From positions 1 to 60,177 of IMG/VR virus record IMGVR_UViG_3300049197_000009: a stretch of 60,177 bases of DNA; one strand, given 5' to 3'. A model generated the notes under the pieces. That model did no database searches. It saw nothing but the letters and a program-made list of their open reading frames with translations, and was not told the DNA's origin. Below are positions 1 to 9,550 of this stretch, in pieces. This stretch comes from a virus. Lineage: Duplodnaviria; Caudoviricetes. Positions within the stretch are counted from its first letter, which is position 1. Every line of letters starts with the position of its first letter. Position numbers and translations under genes: made by a program.

Positions 1-126
1 AACTGCCGCGAATCACCTGCTTGCCGAAAAGGGCGATCAGGTATGGACCCCTGAAGACCAGACCAAGTTCGACGGCCTGCAAGCAGACATCCTCTCGGCC
101 AAAAACCAGATTAAGAACCTGGAAGC
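1..126. repeat. Terminal direct repeat (circular assembly overlap), copy 1
   Basis: 1-126 is identical to 60051-60176; only the very last base (60177) differs. Confidence 0.95.
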
Positions 127-1150
127 CATGCGCGAGCTGGAAGCGGAACAGTTCTTCAACGCCGCGCCGCCCAAGAAGCCGGAAGAAGGCGTCACCGTCG
201 ATGCGCTGGTCGCTGTTGCCATGTACCTGCGTCACGGTGCGAACGTGACCAACGAGCAGGCGATCCAAATCCGCAATGCGATGTCCACCACGACCACGAC
301 CGAAGGCGGCTACACCGTCCCGGCCGAAATCGCCGCGATGGTGATCGACAAGCTGAAGGCCTTCGGCGGTATGCGCGAAGTGGCAACCATCCTGACCACT
401 TCCAGCGGCAATTCGCTGAACTTCCCGACCAGCGACGGCACCAGCGAAGTGGGCGAAATCCTGGCAGAGAACATCGTCGCCACCGCTGGCGATGTGACCT
501 TCGGCACCATCGCGCTGCCGACCTACAAATACTCGTCCAAGCAGATCGCCCTGCCAATTGAGCTGATCCAAGACAGCGCGATTGACATCATCGCCTTCGT
601 CGTCAACCGCCTGGCAACCCGCATCGCCCGCATCCAGAACACGCACTTCACCACTGGCGCGGGCTCGACCCTGCCGGATGGCATCGTGCCGAAATCTGGC
701 GCCGGCAAAGTTGGCGCGAGCGGCCAGACCACCACCGTCATCTACGACGACCTGGTGGACCTGAAGCACGCCGTCAACCGCGCCTACCGCGCTAATGCCA
801 AGTTCATGATGAACGACACCAGTGTCGCCATCGTGTCGAAGCTGAAGGACACCACCGGTCGCCCGATCTGGGTTCCTTCGGTTGCTGAAGGCGTGCCAGA
901 CACCCTGCTGGGCAAGGCTGTTGTCACCAACGACGACGTTGCGGTGATGGCTGCTAGCGCGAAGTCGATCATTTTCGGCGACCTGTCGCAATACACCATC
1001 CGCGATGTGGCCAACACCACGCAGATGCGCCGTTTCGATGACTCGGCGTTTGCGCTGAAGGGTCAAGTCGGCTTCTGCGGCTGGCACCGTTCGGGCGGCA
1101 ACCTGCTTGAGCCAGCAGCCGTCAAGCACTACATCAACGCAGCTTCCTAA
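2..1150 (+). CDS. HK97-fold major capsid protein, C-terminal part (true start at 60004, across the join)
   Basis: GGYTVP, YDDLVDL and IIFGDLSQY motifs; frame is continuous with ATG 60004; follows ClpP protease. Confidence 0.95.
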   Translation, partial: TAANHLLAEKGDQVWTPEDQTKFDGLQADILSAKNQIKNLEAMRELEAEQFFNAAPPKKPEEGVTVDALVAVAMYLRHGANVTNEQAIQIRNAMSTTTTTEGGYTVPAEIAAMVIDKLKAFGGMREVATILTTSSGNSLNFPTSDGTSEVGEILAENIVATAGDVTFGTIALPTYKYSSKQIALPIELIQDSAIDIIAFVVNRLATRIARIQNTHFTTGAGSTLPDGIVPKSGAGKVGASGQTTTVIYDDLVDLKHAVNRAYRANAKFMMNDTSVAIVSKLKDTTGRPIWVPSVAEGVPDTLLGKAVVTNDDVAVMAASAKSIIFGDLSQYTIRDVANTTQMRRFDDSAFALKGQVGFCGWHRSGGNLLEPAAVKHYINAAS

Positions 1151-1156
1151 GCGCCT

Positions 1157-1181
1157 GCGGCGGGTTTCGGCCCGCCGCTTT
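1157..1181 (+). terminator. Hairpin after capsid gene (short U-tail; terminator or mRNA stabiliser)
   Basis: GCGGCGGGT-TTCG-GCCCGCCGC-TTT. Confidence 0.55.
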
Positions 1182-1201
1182 CCCACACCTGAAAGAAATC
1201 A

Positions 1202-1378
1202 ATGGCAAAGACCACAAAAGCCCCAGAAGGCACCGTCAAGGCTCGCGTCCTTCTCAAGTGCTCATTCGGAGAGCCGAACGATGTTGTTGAGGTTGACGCC
1301 GAAATTGCCGCCACAAGTGCCGGCCAACTTGACGCCACCCCCGAAGCCGTCGCCTACGCGGAATCGCTCACTCAGTAG
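1202..1378 (+). CDS. Small post-capsid protein (58 aa, MAKTTKAPEG...)
   Basis: Read manually; ATG 1202 to TAG 1378; typical position after capsid gene. Confidence 0.7.
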   Translation: MAKTTKAPEGTVKARVLLKCSFGEPNDVVEVDAEIAATSAGQLDATPEAVAYAESLTQ

Positions 1379-1423
1379 TCCCCGCCCATCCGGGCAGCAA
1401 TCCCCAATACAACGAGGTAAAAA

Positions 1424-1921
1424 ATGGCAATCGTAGCCGCAGATATCGACTTCTTCCTTTCGGGCGGGTCGGGCAACAGTTCCGCAGCCGCGTCGCTCGG
1501 CGGCGCGCGCTCCACCTCCACCGAGGCAACGTCGGCAATTTTCGATGATGTCACCTCGGGCGAGTCCACCGCAGGCGATGTCGAATACCGCTGCGTCTAC
1601 GTGAAGAACAGCCACGGCTCGCTGTCGCTGACTTCCGCTGTCGCCTGGCTCCCTGCCAATACGCCAAGCTCCACGACCACCGTTGACATCGCTGTCGGCA
1701 CGTCGGCTGTGAATGGCACTGAGCAGACCGTCGCCAACGAATCGACCGCGCCAACTGGCGTTACCTGGGTGGCCGCTGCGACCTTGGGCGCTGGCGTCTC
1801 GCTCGGCACCATCCCGGCAGGTCAGCATCAGGCCGTATGGCTGCGCCGCACGATCACGGCTGGCACGACCGCCGCGACCGACACCTTCACGCTGCGCGCA
1901 ACTGGCGACACCGCTGCGTAA
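1424..1921 (+). CDS. Putative virion structural/head decoration or fibre protein
   Basis: Strong SD (GAGG), Ala/Thr/Ser-rich beta-type composition, highly biased codons, head module location. Confidence 0.6.
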   Translation: MAIVAADIDFFLSGGSGNSSAAASLGGARSTSTEATSAIFDDVTSGESTAGDVEYRCVYVKNSHGSLSLTSAVAWLPANTPSSTTTVDIAVGTSAVNGTEQTVANESTAPTGVTWVAAATLGAGVSLGTIPAGQHQAVWLRRTITAGTTAATDTFTLRATGDTAA

Positions 1922-3045
1922 TGCCTAACTACGTCGTTAGCGTCGGGCCTGGCGAAGTGCCGATCTATGGCGGGCAAGACGCGCCTGTGGTCGGCCTCCC
2001 GGCTTGGATCGGTTCGGCCGCGCTATGGGAGGTTATTGAGATCCCCGGGTCTTTGGGCGCTGATGGAGCGTCAATGATCGTGTGGGGAAGTCACGCAGTC
2101 GACCGTGAAAATAACGTCATCTACATTGGCGCAAACGGCGGACACGGAGATTCGTACGACAATCGATGGTCAAAGTTTAATATCGGCGCGGACTCGCCAG
2201 CGTGGGAGCGGTTAATTGATCCTACGCCTTTTGCCTCTGTCATCATTGACTCGGCATATTACTTGGATGGTCGCCCGAGTTCCCGCCACAACTACGACTA
2301 TTGCCATTACCTGAACGGCAAAGTTTATCTGACCACTTCGTACGGTCTTTGGGGTAATGGGAATCAGGGCAGCACGTTTGATGAGTACAACGTTGCGACC
2401 AACACGCTCGCACCGGCAGGTACGCACCCTTCGACCGCTGGACATGGTTACGGCAGCGCTGTCAACTATGTAAGCGGAAAAATCTTCTACAACACACTGC
2501 AACATTACGACCCGATTGCGAAGACGTACAGCGCGACCGGGTCCAGCAACGGCACCTCGATTCGATACCCGGTCGTGTACGACGAGGCTGACAATCAATA
2601 CTTCTGCCTTCAGTGGGGTGGCGGCGAGAGCTCACCGTCATCAAGCACATTGCAAGCGTCAAAAGTCAGCGCAACCACGCTGGCACAAACGAATGTGACG
2701 TTCAATGCAAGTGCTGCATATACCCAATTCCTGAGCGAGAAACTGGACCCGGTAAGCTCGACTGAATGTGTCGGCTACGTCGGCATGACCTATGACTCGG
2801 CCAATGATTGCTTCTACTGGTGCAGCGGGCGACCCGGTCGCACCGGGAATATCTACAAGATCACGAAGAGCGCCAACAACACTGATCCGTGGGACATGAC
2901 GCTTCCAGCGAAGACGGGCGTTTCATTGCCAGCAACGCCGGGTGCTGGGTTGAATGGCCGGATCAAGTTTTGGCCCGTCCTGGGCGGATTCACCATCGAT
3001 CCGGCGGGCGGCGGAAAAATCTACTTCGTTCGAACGGTTGCCTAA
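1921..3045 (+). CDS. Putative beta-propeller (Kelch-like) virion protein
   Basis: TAATG coupling with upstream gene; GGHGDSY, PSSRHNY and YD-x repeats typical of propeller blades. Confidence 0.55.
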   Translation: MPNYVVSVGPGEVPIYGGQDAPVVGLPAWIGSAALWEVIEIPGSLGADGASMIVWGSHAVDRENNVIYIGANGGHGDSYDNRWSKFNIGADSPAWERLIDPTPFASVIIDSAYYLDGRPSSRHNYDYCHYLNGKVYLTTSYGLWGNGNQGSTFDEYNVATNTLAPAGTHPSTAGHGYGSAVNYVSGKIFYNTLQHYDPIAKTYSATGSSNGTSIRYPVVYDEADNQYFCLQWGGGESSPSSSTLQASKVSATTLAQTNVTFNASAAYTQFLSEKLDPVSSTECVGYVGMTYDSANDCFYWCSGRPGRTGNIYKITKSANNTDPWDMTLPAKTGVSLPATPGAGLNGRIKFWPVLGGFTIDPAGGGKIYFVRTVA

Positions 3046-3111
3046 GTGGCGCTCGACTCAGGTAGTGCCTGCCGAATCGCAATAGCCCGATCAAATACTT
3101 AAGGTTAGAAA

Positions 3112-4230
3112 ATGCCCGGCATACTCTATTCAAATGACTTTGAAGCGGAAACAGACAGCACGCCTGTATCTGGATTCACCACTCAAGCCGGCGCGGCTAT
3201 GGTGGCTATGCTCGCGTCTGGCATTGGCCTTACGGTAGCTGGCGGGACGAAGGGTTTCGGGCGAAATTCGGACGGCGACTCCACGCTCTGGACTGGCGTA
3301 TCTGCGTTTGCCGATATGGCAATTCGTACTGCGCACAAAGTGCCATCGGTCGCCACGTCTGGCTTCGCCGTGATGTGTCACAATCTGCGAGGGCAGTCGG
3401 GTAGTAATGACGGCTACCGGGTTGTTATCCAGACCAACGGCACGGCATTGCGCACTAGCCTCGTTAGCTACTCAGGGGGCAGCACGACTCTGGCGAGCGG
3501 CGCATACGACGTTGCGCCATCGTCATCGGATATCGTGCAGTTCGAGTCCGAGGTTACGACTGTCGGTGGTCAGGCGGTTCTGAAAGCATGGCTGTGGATT
3601 GGTACAGGCGCGCGCCCAAGCACTCCGCATTGCACTTATACCGATACGGCGAACTTCTTCCCCACCGGCAGACCCGGCGTCCGCAACGTCAGCAGCAATA
3701 ACTGGACGCTTTGCGATAATCTCGTCATCACCGACGCTACAGTCGCTGCCGACACGTTCTACCCAGCAAGCTCGACTTCGGTTTCATCCGACCTGGCCGT
3801 TTCTTACGGAATTGTCGCAAGCATATCCTCCAATCTGGCGGTGAGCTACACGATTGACGCGGTTGGGCAAGTTTCGTCCAATCTCGCAGCGAGCTACGGC
3901 ATCGTCGGCTCGATCAGCAGCAGCTTGGCGGCTAGCTATTCCATCGCCGCGCCTACAGCAACCATCACCTTCGATGACCCGGCTAGCCCCGGCAATCCGC
4001 TCGACTTCGGAAAGAATACCGCTTCGTACTATTTCGATAGCGCCGCAGTAACGGTGTATTTCAATCTGGCGAGCACAAATGCGCTGATCGCAACCGCTTC
4101 GCTGACCACCAACGCAGATGCGACTTTGGACGCCTACGCAAATGCCGCCTTCGCATCCGGCACAAGCTACCGGTGCGTCTTTAAATTCGCTGATGGCAGC
4201 GAAGGAATGGTTACGCTGGCGGCTGCATGA
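3112..4230 (+). CDS. Putative lectin/ConA-like virion protein with four SSxLAxSY repeats
   Basis: YSNDFE start and DNLVI end of a jelly-roll-like segment; ~14-aa repeats; ATGA coupling to next gene. Confidence 0.55.
   Translation: MPGILYSNDFEAETDSTPVSGFTTQAGAAMVAMLASGIGLTVAGGTKGFGRNSDGDSTLWTGVSAFADMAIRTAHKVPSVATSGFAVMCHNLRGQSGSNDGYRVVIQTNGTALRTSLVSYSGGSTTLASGAYDVAPSSSDIVQFESEVTTVGGQAVLKAWLWIGTGARPSTPHCTYTDTANFFPTGRPGVRNVSSNNWTLCDNLVITDATVAADTFYPASSTSVSSDLAVSYGIVASISSNLAVSYTIDAVGQVSSNLAASYGIVGSISSSLAASYSIAAPTATITFDDPASPGNPLDFGKNTASYYFDSAAVTVYFNLASTNALIATASLTTNADATLDAYANAAFASGTSYRCVFKFADGSEGMVTLAAA
3781..3945 (+). repeat. Four degenerate ~14-codon repeats ([VI]SS[DNS]LA[AV]SY)
   Basis: Visible in translation. 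Confidence 0.85.
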
Positions 4231-6950
4231 GTATTGCAACCTTCACCCTAAAGTCGGCAACCACGCAAGCGGCTGCGCCGTTCTCGCTGGGTCACGCCTT
4301 CGTTCAGGGTGATGTTCCGAGTGGATCGCAGTTGGTCGCTGGCTTTTCCGATATCCAGGTGGTGGCGAAGAATGCATGGCCGGACGGCTCGCTAAAATTT
4401 GCAGTGGTGTCAGGCCGCGCTGCGCTGACCGCTGACACGCCGCTGTCGGTCGTACTGTCGATTGGCGCGCCTGCTGGCGGTTCGGCGTTGACCACCGCGG
4501 ACTTGAAGGCCACTGGCGTGACTGCGGTGATCGACGCCGCCCCCTTCGGTTCGGTCTCGTGGGCAACGACCGACTGGGATAGCCCATTCGTGGCATGGGT
4601 GTCCGGGCCGAAGATGTCGTCCTGGATCTACCGAAAGCCTGTCGGCGCCGATGCGCACCTGGTAGGCTGGCTGGAAGTGCGACTATTCTCTGGCGGTGAA
4701 GTGGAAGTGCTGCCGTGGATCGAGAACTGCACCTTTACGGTGGCGTCGCCGGTCAATAAGAGTGCAACGTATTCGTTCACACTGGGCGGTACTTCTCGAT
4801 ATTCCGGCGCACTTGATCTGAAGCATCACAGCCGCACCCCGCTGATCAACGGCACTGCCCTGTCGTACTGGCTCGGCACGGCGCCCGGCGTCACGCCGCG
4901 CAACGACGTGGCGTACATGCAGGCGAGTGAACTGGTGCCGACCTACAGCGCCACCATGACCACGCTGGCCGGGCTGGTGACGACCTATGCGCCGTTCCAG
5001 GCCGGCAACTACAGCTACGACAGCGACGACATGACCAGTTCGGGCTATCAGGAGTCCATTGGCCTGCTGCCTGAATTCGACGTTGCTTATCTGGTTTGTA
5101 CAACCAATCATGAACTGCTGTACGGTTCGGTGCTGCGCAACGCCTATTCGGCTGGCCGGTACCCGATCCACTACCGCGAATCGTCAAGCAACCGCGCGCC
5201 GCGCTTCTCTACCAACGCTACCAAGGTGCTGGCGGGCGGCAGCGGAATTGCGCACACGGGCGCATCGACGGCGAGCAACTACACGCCAACACCATCGGGC
5301 GGCGTTGTGGCCGGCTGGGATACGGCGCACAGCCCAGCGGTTGGCTACCTGGCCGGCCTAATTACTGGGCATTGGTATCACATGGAAACCGTGCAGTTTG
5401 CCGTCACTGCAAATTGGTTCAATATCAACGATTACAACGCGCACGCCAATTCAAACGCGCGATTCATTTCGGACTATGGGTCCGTGCAGACGCGCGCTTC
5501 AGCATGGGGCTTCCGTTCGCTGGCGCACGCGCTGACGCTGACGCCTGACGACGACACCACGCTGCGCGACGAGTTCAAGGCGCTGGCAGAAACGCTGATC
5601 GATTATTTCCACACGACGTTTGTCGCACAGGCAAATAACCCGTTTGGCATCGTAGAGCCGGGCGAGGAATACGGCACGGTCGGCGGCAACCAGATGGGCT
5701 CGCCGTGGCAGCAAGATTTTCACACTGCCGCATATGGCTATGCGCTGGCGATGGAAATTCCGATCACTTCGCCAAGCCGCACCAAATTGTCCGCGTTCTT
5801 CCACTGGAAGGCGCAGAGCGTCGTTGGAAGGCTTGGCACGTCGGCGGACTTCTGGTACATCAACGCCACGCCGTACACGATCGCATTTGGCACGGTCACT
5901 TTGCCTGACTTCCAAGGCGGCACAGGCCCCTGGCTAGCAGACTGGGACGCGGTCTACGCGGCCAGCACGGCGACATGGTGGGGCTCGACAGAAGGTGTAC
6001 TGACCAGCGAATTTACCTCCGATGGTTGGGGTAAATCGCTGTGGGGCAACCTGCACCCGGCCATTGCCTACGCCGTGCGCCATGGCGTGACCGGTGCGGA
6101 GGCGGGCTACAACCGCATGATCTCGGCCAACAATTACGACGATATTCAAGCGACCTTCAACGTGTCGCCGGTCTGGAGCGTCGCTCCTGCCTCCATTGGC
6201 GAATCTACACCCGAGCGAACAATGCGAAAAACAGTTAGATGCGACACCGTAAGCCTGATTCCCGGCACCGTAGTTTGCGGCGACAGGGGGCACGGCGTGC
6301 TTGCCGCTGGCATCGCCTCTGGGTTCCCGATTGCGAGCCTGCTGGAAGATGAGGTTGATGTAAGCGATCCGGCCGGCACCGAGTACATGGTCCGCATCCT
6401 AACGATTCCGGTTGGCCTGGATATTCGGGTCGATGAAACCGGCGCTTACGTGGCAACGGGCGCGGATGGTACGTACATCGGGGACAAAGAGACGCTCCGA
6501 AGCGGCGTAGCCGATCCCGCCACCACGTACACGGTCAATATTGGCTTCACAGCTGTGAGCAGCGACCTCGCGGCGTCATACGCGATGTCGGGCCAGGTTA
6601 GCAGCAGCCTCGCCGCATCGTATGGCGTGCTGGCATCGATAAATAGCGACTTGGCCGCGACGTATTCGATGCTCGCTGCGGTGAGTGGTGATTTGGCTGG
6701 CTCATACCTGATCGATGCTCTGATCGCCTCAGTGAGTAGCGACCTGGCCGCATCCTACGCGGTTTCCGCGCGCATCAATTCCGATCTCGCCGCGACTTAC
6801 GCGATTTCCTCCGCAGTCAGTGCCAGCCTTGCCGCCTCATACGCAATCGACGCAGAAACGAACTACGTGCGCGCCCCATCTGGCGGCGGCTACCGCACGA
6901 AACGCAAGACCATAACCGGCAGGAACACCGCACAGGACGGCAACCGATGA
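4227..6950 (+). CDS. Large virion-associated protein; N-terminus resembles YetA/PcRGLX-type polysaccharide lyase architecture; seven C-terminal SSDLAASY repeats
   Basis: PFSLGHAFVQGDVP...WPDGSLKFA motif; aromatic-rich helical middle (QTRASAW, SPWQQDF). Confidence 0.5.
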   Translation: MSIATFTLKSATTQAAAPFSLGHAFVQGDVPSGSQLVAGFSDIQVVAKNAWPDGSLKFAVVSGRAALTADTPLSVVLSIGAPAGGSALTTADLKATGVTAVIDAAPFGSVSWATTDWDSPFVAWVSGPKMSSWIYRKPVGADAHLVGWLEVRLFSGGEVEVLPWIENCTFTVASPVNKSATYSFTLGGTSRYSGALDLKHHSRTPLINGTALSYWLGTAPGVTPRNDVAYMQASELVPTYSATMTTLAGLVTTYAPFQAGNYSYDSDDMTSSGYQESIGLLPEFDVAYLVCTTNHELLYGSVLRNAYSAGRYPIHYRESSSNRAPRFSTNATKVLAGGSGIAHTGASTASNYTPTPSGGVVAGWDTAHSPAVGYLAGLITGHWYHMETVQFAVTANWFNINDYNAHANSNARFISDYGSVQTRASAWGFRSLAHALTLTPDDDTTLRDEFKALAETLIDYFHTTFVAQANNPFGIVEPGEEYGTVGGNQMGSPWQQDFHTAAYGYALAMEIPITSPSRTKLSAFFHWKAQSVVGRLGTSADFWYINATPYTIAFGTVTLPDFQGGTGPWLADWDAVYAASTATWWGSTEGVLTSEFTSDGWGKSLWGNLHPAIAYAVRHGVTGAEAGYNRMISANNYDDIQATFNVSPVWSVAPASIGESTPERTMRKTVRCDTVSLIPGTVVCGDRGHGVLAAGIASGFPIASLLEDEVDVSDPAGTEYMVRILTIPVGLDIRVDETGAYVATGADGTYIGDKETLRSGVADPATTYTVNIGFTAVSSDLAASYAMSGQVSSSLAASYGVLASINSDLAATYSMLAAVSGDLAGSYLIDALIASVSSDLAASYAVSARINSDLAATYAISSAVSASLAASYAIDAETNYVRAPSGGGYRTKRKTITGRNTAQDGNR
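6555..6845 (+). repeat. Seven degenerate ~14-codon repeats ([VI][SN]xDLAA[ST]Y)
   Basis: Visible in translation; same unit as 3781-3945. Confidence 0.85.
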
Positions 6951-7492
6951 GCTACAAACAAGTAACGGGACCGGAAGCATTGCCGGTCTCGATGGATGAC
7001 GTTCGCCTCGACCTTCGCGATCCCGATGTGGCATTGAATGGCCAGATCGAGTCGATCATCTATGCGGTTACGGCCGAAGTCGAGCACCGCTTGCAGCGCG
7101 CGCTGATCACGCAGACCCGCCGCGTGACTCTGGATGGTTTCCCGGAGTCGATCAAGTTGGACCTCGCGCCGGTTGTTTCGGTCGAATCGGTGAAGTTCTA
7201 CGATACGGCGGGTGCGCTGCAAACGCTCGACCCGCTCGACTACTACCAAGACTTGGTAACGGAGCCTGGCTACATCGTGCCGGCATCCGGTAAGGCATGG
7301 CCGGAAACGCTCGCTGACCAGCTCAACACTGTAACCGTGGACTATACCTGCGGCTATGGTGCGACGTACGAAAGCGTGCCGAAGGCGATTCAGGCCTACA
7401 TCCGCGCCCGCACGGTGCAGTTGTTCGATGATCCTGGCGCAAGCGAGGGCTTCCTCGGGCATTGCCTTGATGGCTTCGTGGTGTACTCATGA
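6947..7492 (+). CDS. Head-tail connector/adaptor (phiE125 gp8-like)
   Basis: PEALPVS, RALITQT and V.YTCGYG...VPKAI motifs. Confidence 0.85.
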   Translation: MSYKQVTGPEALPVSMDDVRLDLRDPDVALNGQIESIIYAVTAEVEHRLQRALITQTRRVTLDGFPESIKLDLAPVVSVESVKFYDTAGALQTLDPLDYYQDLVTEPGYIVPASGKAWPETLADQLNTVTVDYTCGYGATYESVPKAIQAYIRARTVQLFDDPGASEGFLGHCLDGFVVYS

Positions 7493-7815
7493 AGGCATTT
7501 GCCGCGACGCTTCGGCACTTTGTCACGATCAACGCGCCCGGTACTGGCCGCCTTCCTTCTGGACAGCCTGTCGTCGGCTTGGTGGAATTTGACACGGCTT
7601 GGGCAAACATCGCCACCACTGGCGGGTTGGAAACGATCAAGGCCGGCGCGATCACTTCGACCGTGAAGGTGTCGATCCGCATGCGATATCGCCTGGACCT
7701 GACAAACGCGATGGAGATCGTGCACGGCACCGACACGTACAAGGTTCTGGCGGTACTGCCCGACACGAGCGGCAAGAAGCGGCACGTTGACCTGGTGTGT
7801 GAGCAGAATGTTTAA
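7489..7815 (+). CDS. Head closure protein (SPP1 gp16-like)
   Basis: GQPV..WA, IRMRYR and Y.V.AVLPD motifs; synteny. Confidence 0.85.
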   Translation: MKAFAATLRHFVTINAPGTGRLPSGQPVVGLVEFDTAWANIATTGGLETIKAGAITSTVKVSIRMRYRLDLTNAMEIVHGTDTYKVLAVLPDTSGKKRHVDLVCEQNV

Positions 7816-8326
7816 GTTCGACGCGACAGACCTCGTTGCTGGCATTAAAGAGGCGGTCGCGAAGATAGGAAGCGCGCTCGATGAGAGTACTTTGCGCGAG
7901 GCTGGCTTTGCCGGCGCGAAGGTCTTCCGCGAAGAGGCTAAGCGCAATGCTCTGGCGCACAAGAAAACTGGCGTCATCTACAGCAACATCATTGTCAAGC
8001 GCCTTGAAGAGGAATCGTCGGGCGCTTATCGACAGTCGTACCTTGTCACGGTTCGCAACGGCAAATTCGGAGCTGAGGGTGATGCGTTTTACTGGCGCTT
8101 CGTTGAGAAGGGCCACAAGTTCGTGCCGCGCAATAAGAAGGTCAGCAAGAAGACTGGCAAGACAATCGGATGGAAGGCGCATAGAGAGGCCGCCATTCTC
8201 GAATACGGCACTTCGTCAGTTCCTGCCTATCCGTTCATGCGCCCGGCGTACGACTCGAAAAAGATCGAGGCCGACGAGGCAATTCTATCGGTTCTGAAAG
8301 CGAAGATTGAAGGGCTCAAATTATGA
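7808..8326 (+). CDS. HK97 gp10-like tail completion protein
   Basis: FYWRFVE and EYGTS..PAYPFMRPAYD motifs. Confidence 0.9.
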   Translation: MFKFDATDLVAGIKEAVAKIGSALDESTLREAGFAGAKVFREEAKRNALAHKKTGVIYSNIIVKRLEEESSGAYRQSYLVTVRNGKFGAEGDAFYWRFVEKGHKFVPRNKKVSKKTGKTIGWKAHREAAILEYGTSSVPAYPFMRPAYDSKKIEADEAILSVLKAKIEGLKL

Positions 8327-8679
8327 CCATGGAAGCGCAAATATTTGAAGCGCTGCGCGCCCTGGTTTCGGATCGCGTGATTCCTGACTTCGCCAACGAG
8401 GGCGAAACACTACCTTTTATCACCTACCAGGCGGTCGGCGGTTCCCCCGTTAATTACGTAGAGGGCGCAATCCCGAACCGCGAGAACACCCGTTTGCAAG
8501 TGAATGTATGGGCCGCCACGCGCGACGACGCATCCGCCCTTGGCAAGCAGGTCGAGGACGCCTTGCGCCTCACTGCTGCCCTACAAACAGAAGTCATCAC
8601 TGGCCGCATCGCGACTTACGACGAAGACACGAAGTATCGCGGAACCATGCAGGACTTCAGTATTTGGGTTGCCGTGTGA
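8323..8679 (+). CDS. Tail terminator (DUF3168-like)
   Basis: PFITYQAVGG and RLQVNVWA motifs; synteny. Confidence 0.85.
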   Translation: MTMEAQIFEALRALVSDRVIPDFANEGETLPFITYQAVGGSPVNYVEGAIPNRENTRLQVNVWAATRDDASALGKQVEDALRLTAALQTEVITGRIATYDEDTKYRGTMQDFSIWVAV

Positions 8680-8704
8680 TCGGCCTTAGTAACTAGAACA
8701 ACGC

Positions 8705-8800
8705 AGCCAGCGAATAGTTGGCTTTTTTGTGCCCGCAAGGGCTTTTTAAGCAGCCCGCTCCGAATCTTCGCAGCGGGTTTTTTTACGCCCCTTGCGGGCA
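8705..8800 (+). terminator. Cluster of hairpins with U-tails before tail tube gene
   Basis: AGCCAGC/GTTGGCT-T5, GCCC/GGGC-T5, GCCCGCT/AGCGGGT-T6. Confidence 0.6.
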
Positions 8801-8822
8801 TTTACTTTAAAGGAATATTTCC

Positions 8823-9470
8823 ATGGCGCAAGTACCGACTGGCACCGTCTTCCATATTGCATCCGCATATGGAAGCGCGGTGACCACCACCATCGTAACC
8901 AATGCAGCTGAGGCGGTCGTTACCGCTGCGGCGCACGGCTACAGCAACGGCGATTTCGTCGAAATCCTGTCCGGCTGGGGGCGCCTGAACAAGCGCGTCT
9001 TCCGCATCAAATCGGTCGCAACCAACACGATGGTGCTCGAAGGTGCCGATACCACCAGTACGACGTTCTTCTCGACCGGTACTGGCGTCGGCAGCGTGCG
9101 CAAGATTACGACCTTTACGCAAGTGAGCCAGGTCACCGCCGCGCAGTTCAGCGGCGGCGAGCCATCGGACGTTGAGTACAAATACGTCGAGTCCGACGTG
9201 AAGTACAAGATCAACGACGGCTTCGCAGCGACCAGCGGCACACTGACCCTGGATGCGGACAGCATCAGCACCGCAGGGTACACCGCCCTGAAGGCGCTGA
9301 CGGACGTGCAGACCGATACCTGCCTGAAGATGACGACCCGCTCCGGTTCGCTCGTTCTTCTGCCGTGCACTGCCGCGCTGAACGAGTCGATCAGCCTGCA
9401 AGACGGCCAGATCAACACCGTTACCGCCTCTTTCGCAGGCAACAACAGGAATACCAGGTATCAAAGCTAG
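8823..9470 (+). CDS. Major tail tube protein
   Basis: SGWGRLN.R.F and SGGE motifs; strong SD; biased codons; synteny. Confidence 0.85.
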   Translation: MAQVPTGTVFHIASAYGSAVTTTIVTNAAEAVVTAAAHGYSNGDFVEILSGWGRLNKRVFRIKSVATNTMVLEGADTTSTTFFSTGTGVGSVRKITTFTQVSQVTAAQFSGGEPSDVEYKYVESDVKYKINDGFAATSGTLTLDADSISTAGYTALKALTDVQTDTCLKMTTRSGSLVLLPCTAALNESISLQDGQINTVTASFAGNNRNTRYQS

Positions 9471-9550
9471 TCCCTAGCTGATAAAATGGACGAGCCCGCA
9501 AAGTGGTGGAACACGATGCGGGCTCTAACCAATCAGCGTAAAGGCGCGTC

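Noticed and set aside
1-126. Terminal repeat as a biological direct terminal repeat
   Set aside because: It falls inside the capsid gene and is about one assembly k-mer long; HNH+terminase layout suggests cos ends elsewhere
1837-1920. ORF-track N-terminal extension of the propeller gene
   Set aside because: Overlaps the upstream gene; TAATG coupling at 1921 is the better start
3781-6845. Diversity-generating retroelement (TR/VR pair)
   Set aside because: No reverse transcriptase in the genome; repeats differ at all base types, not only adenines
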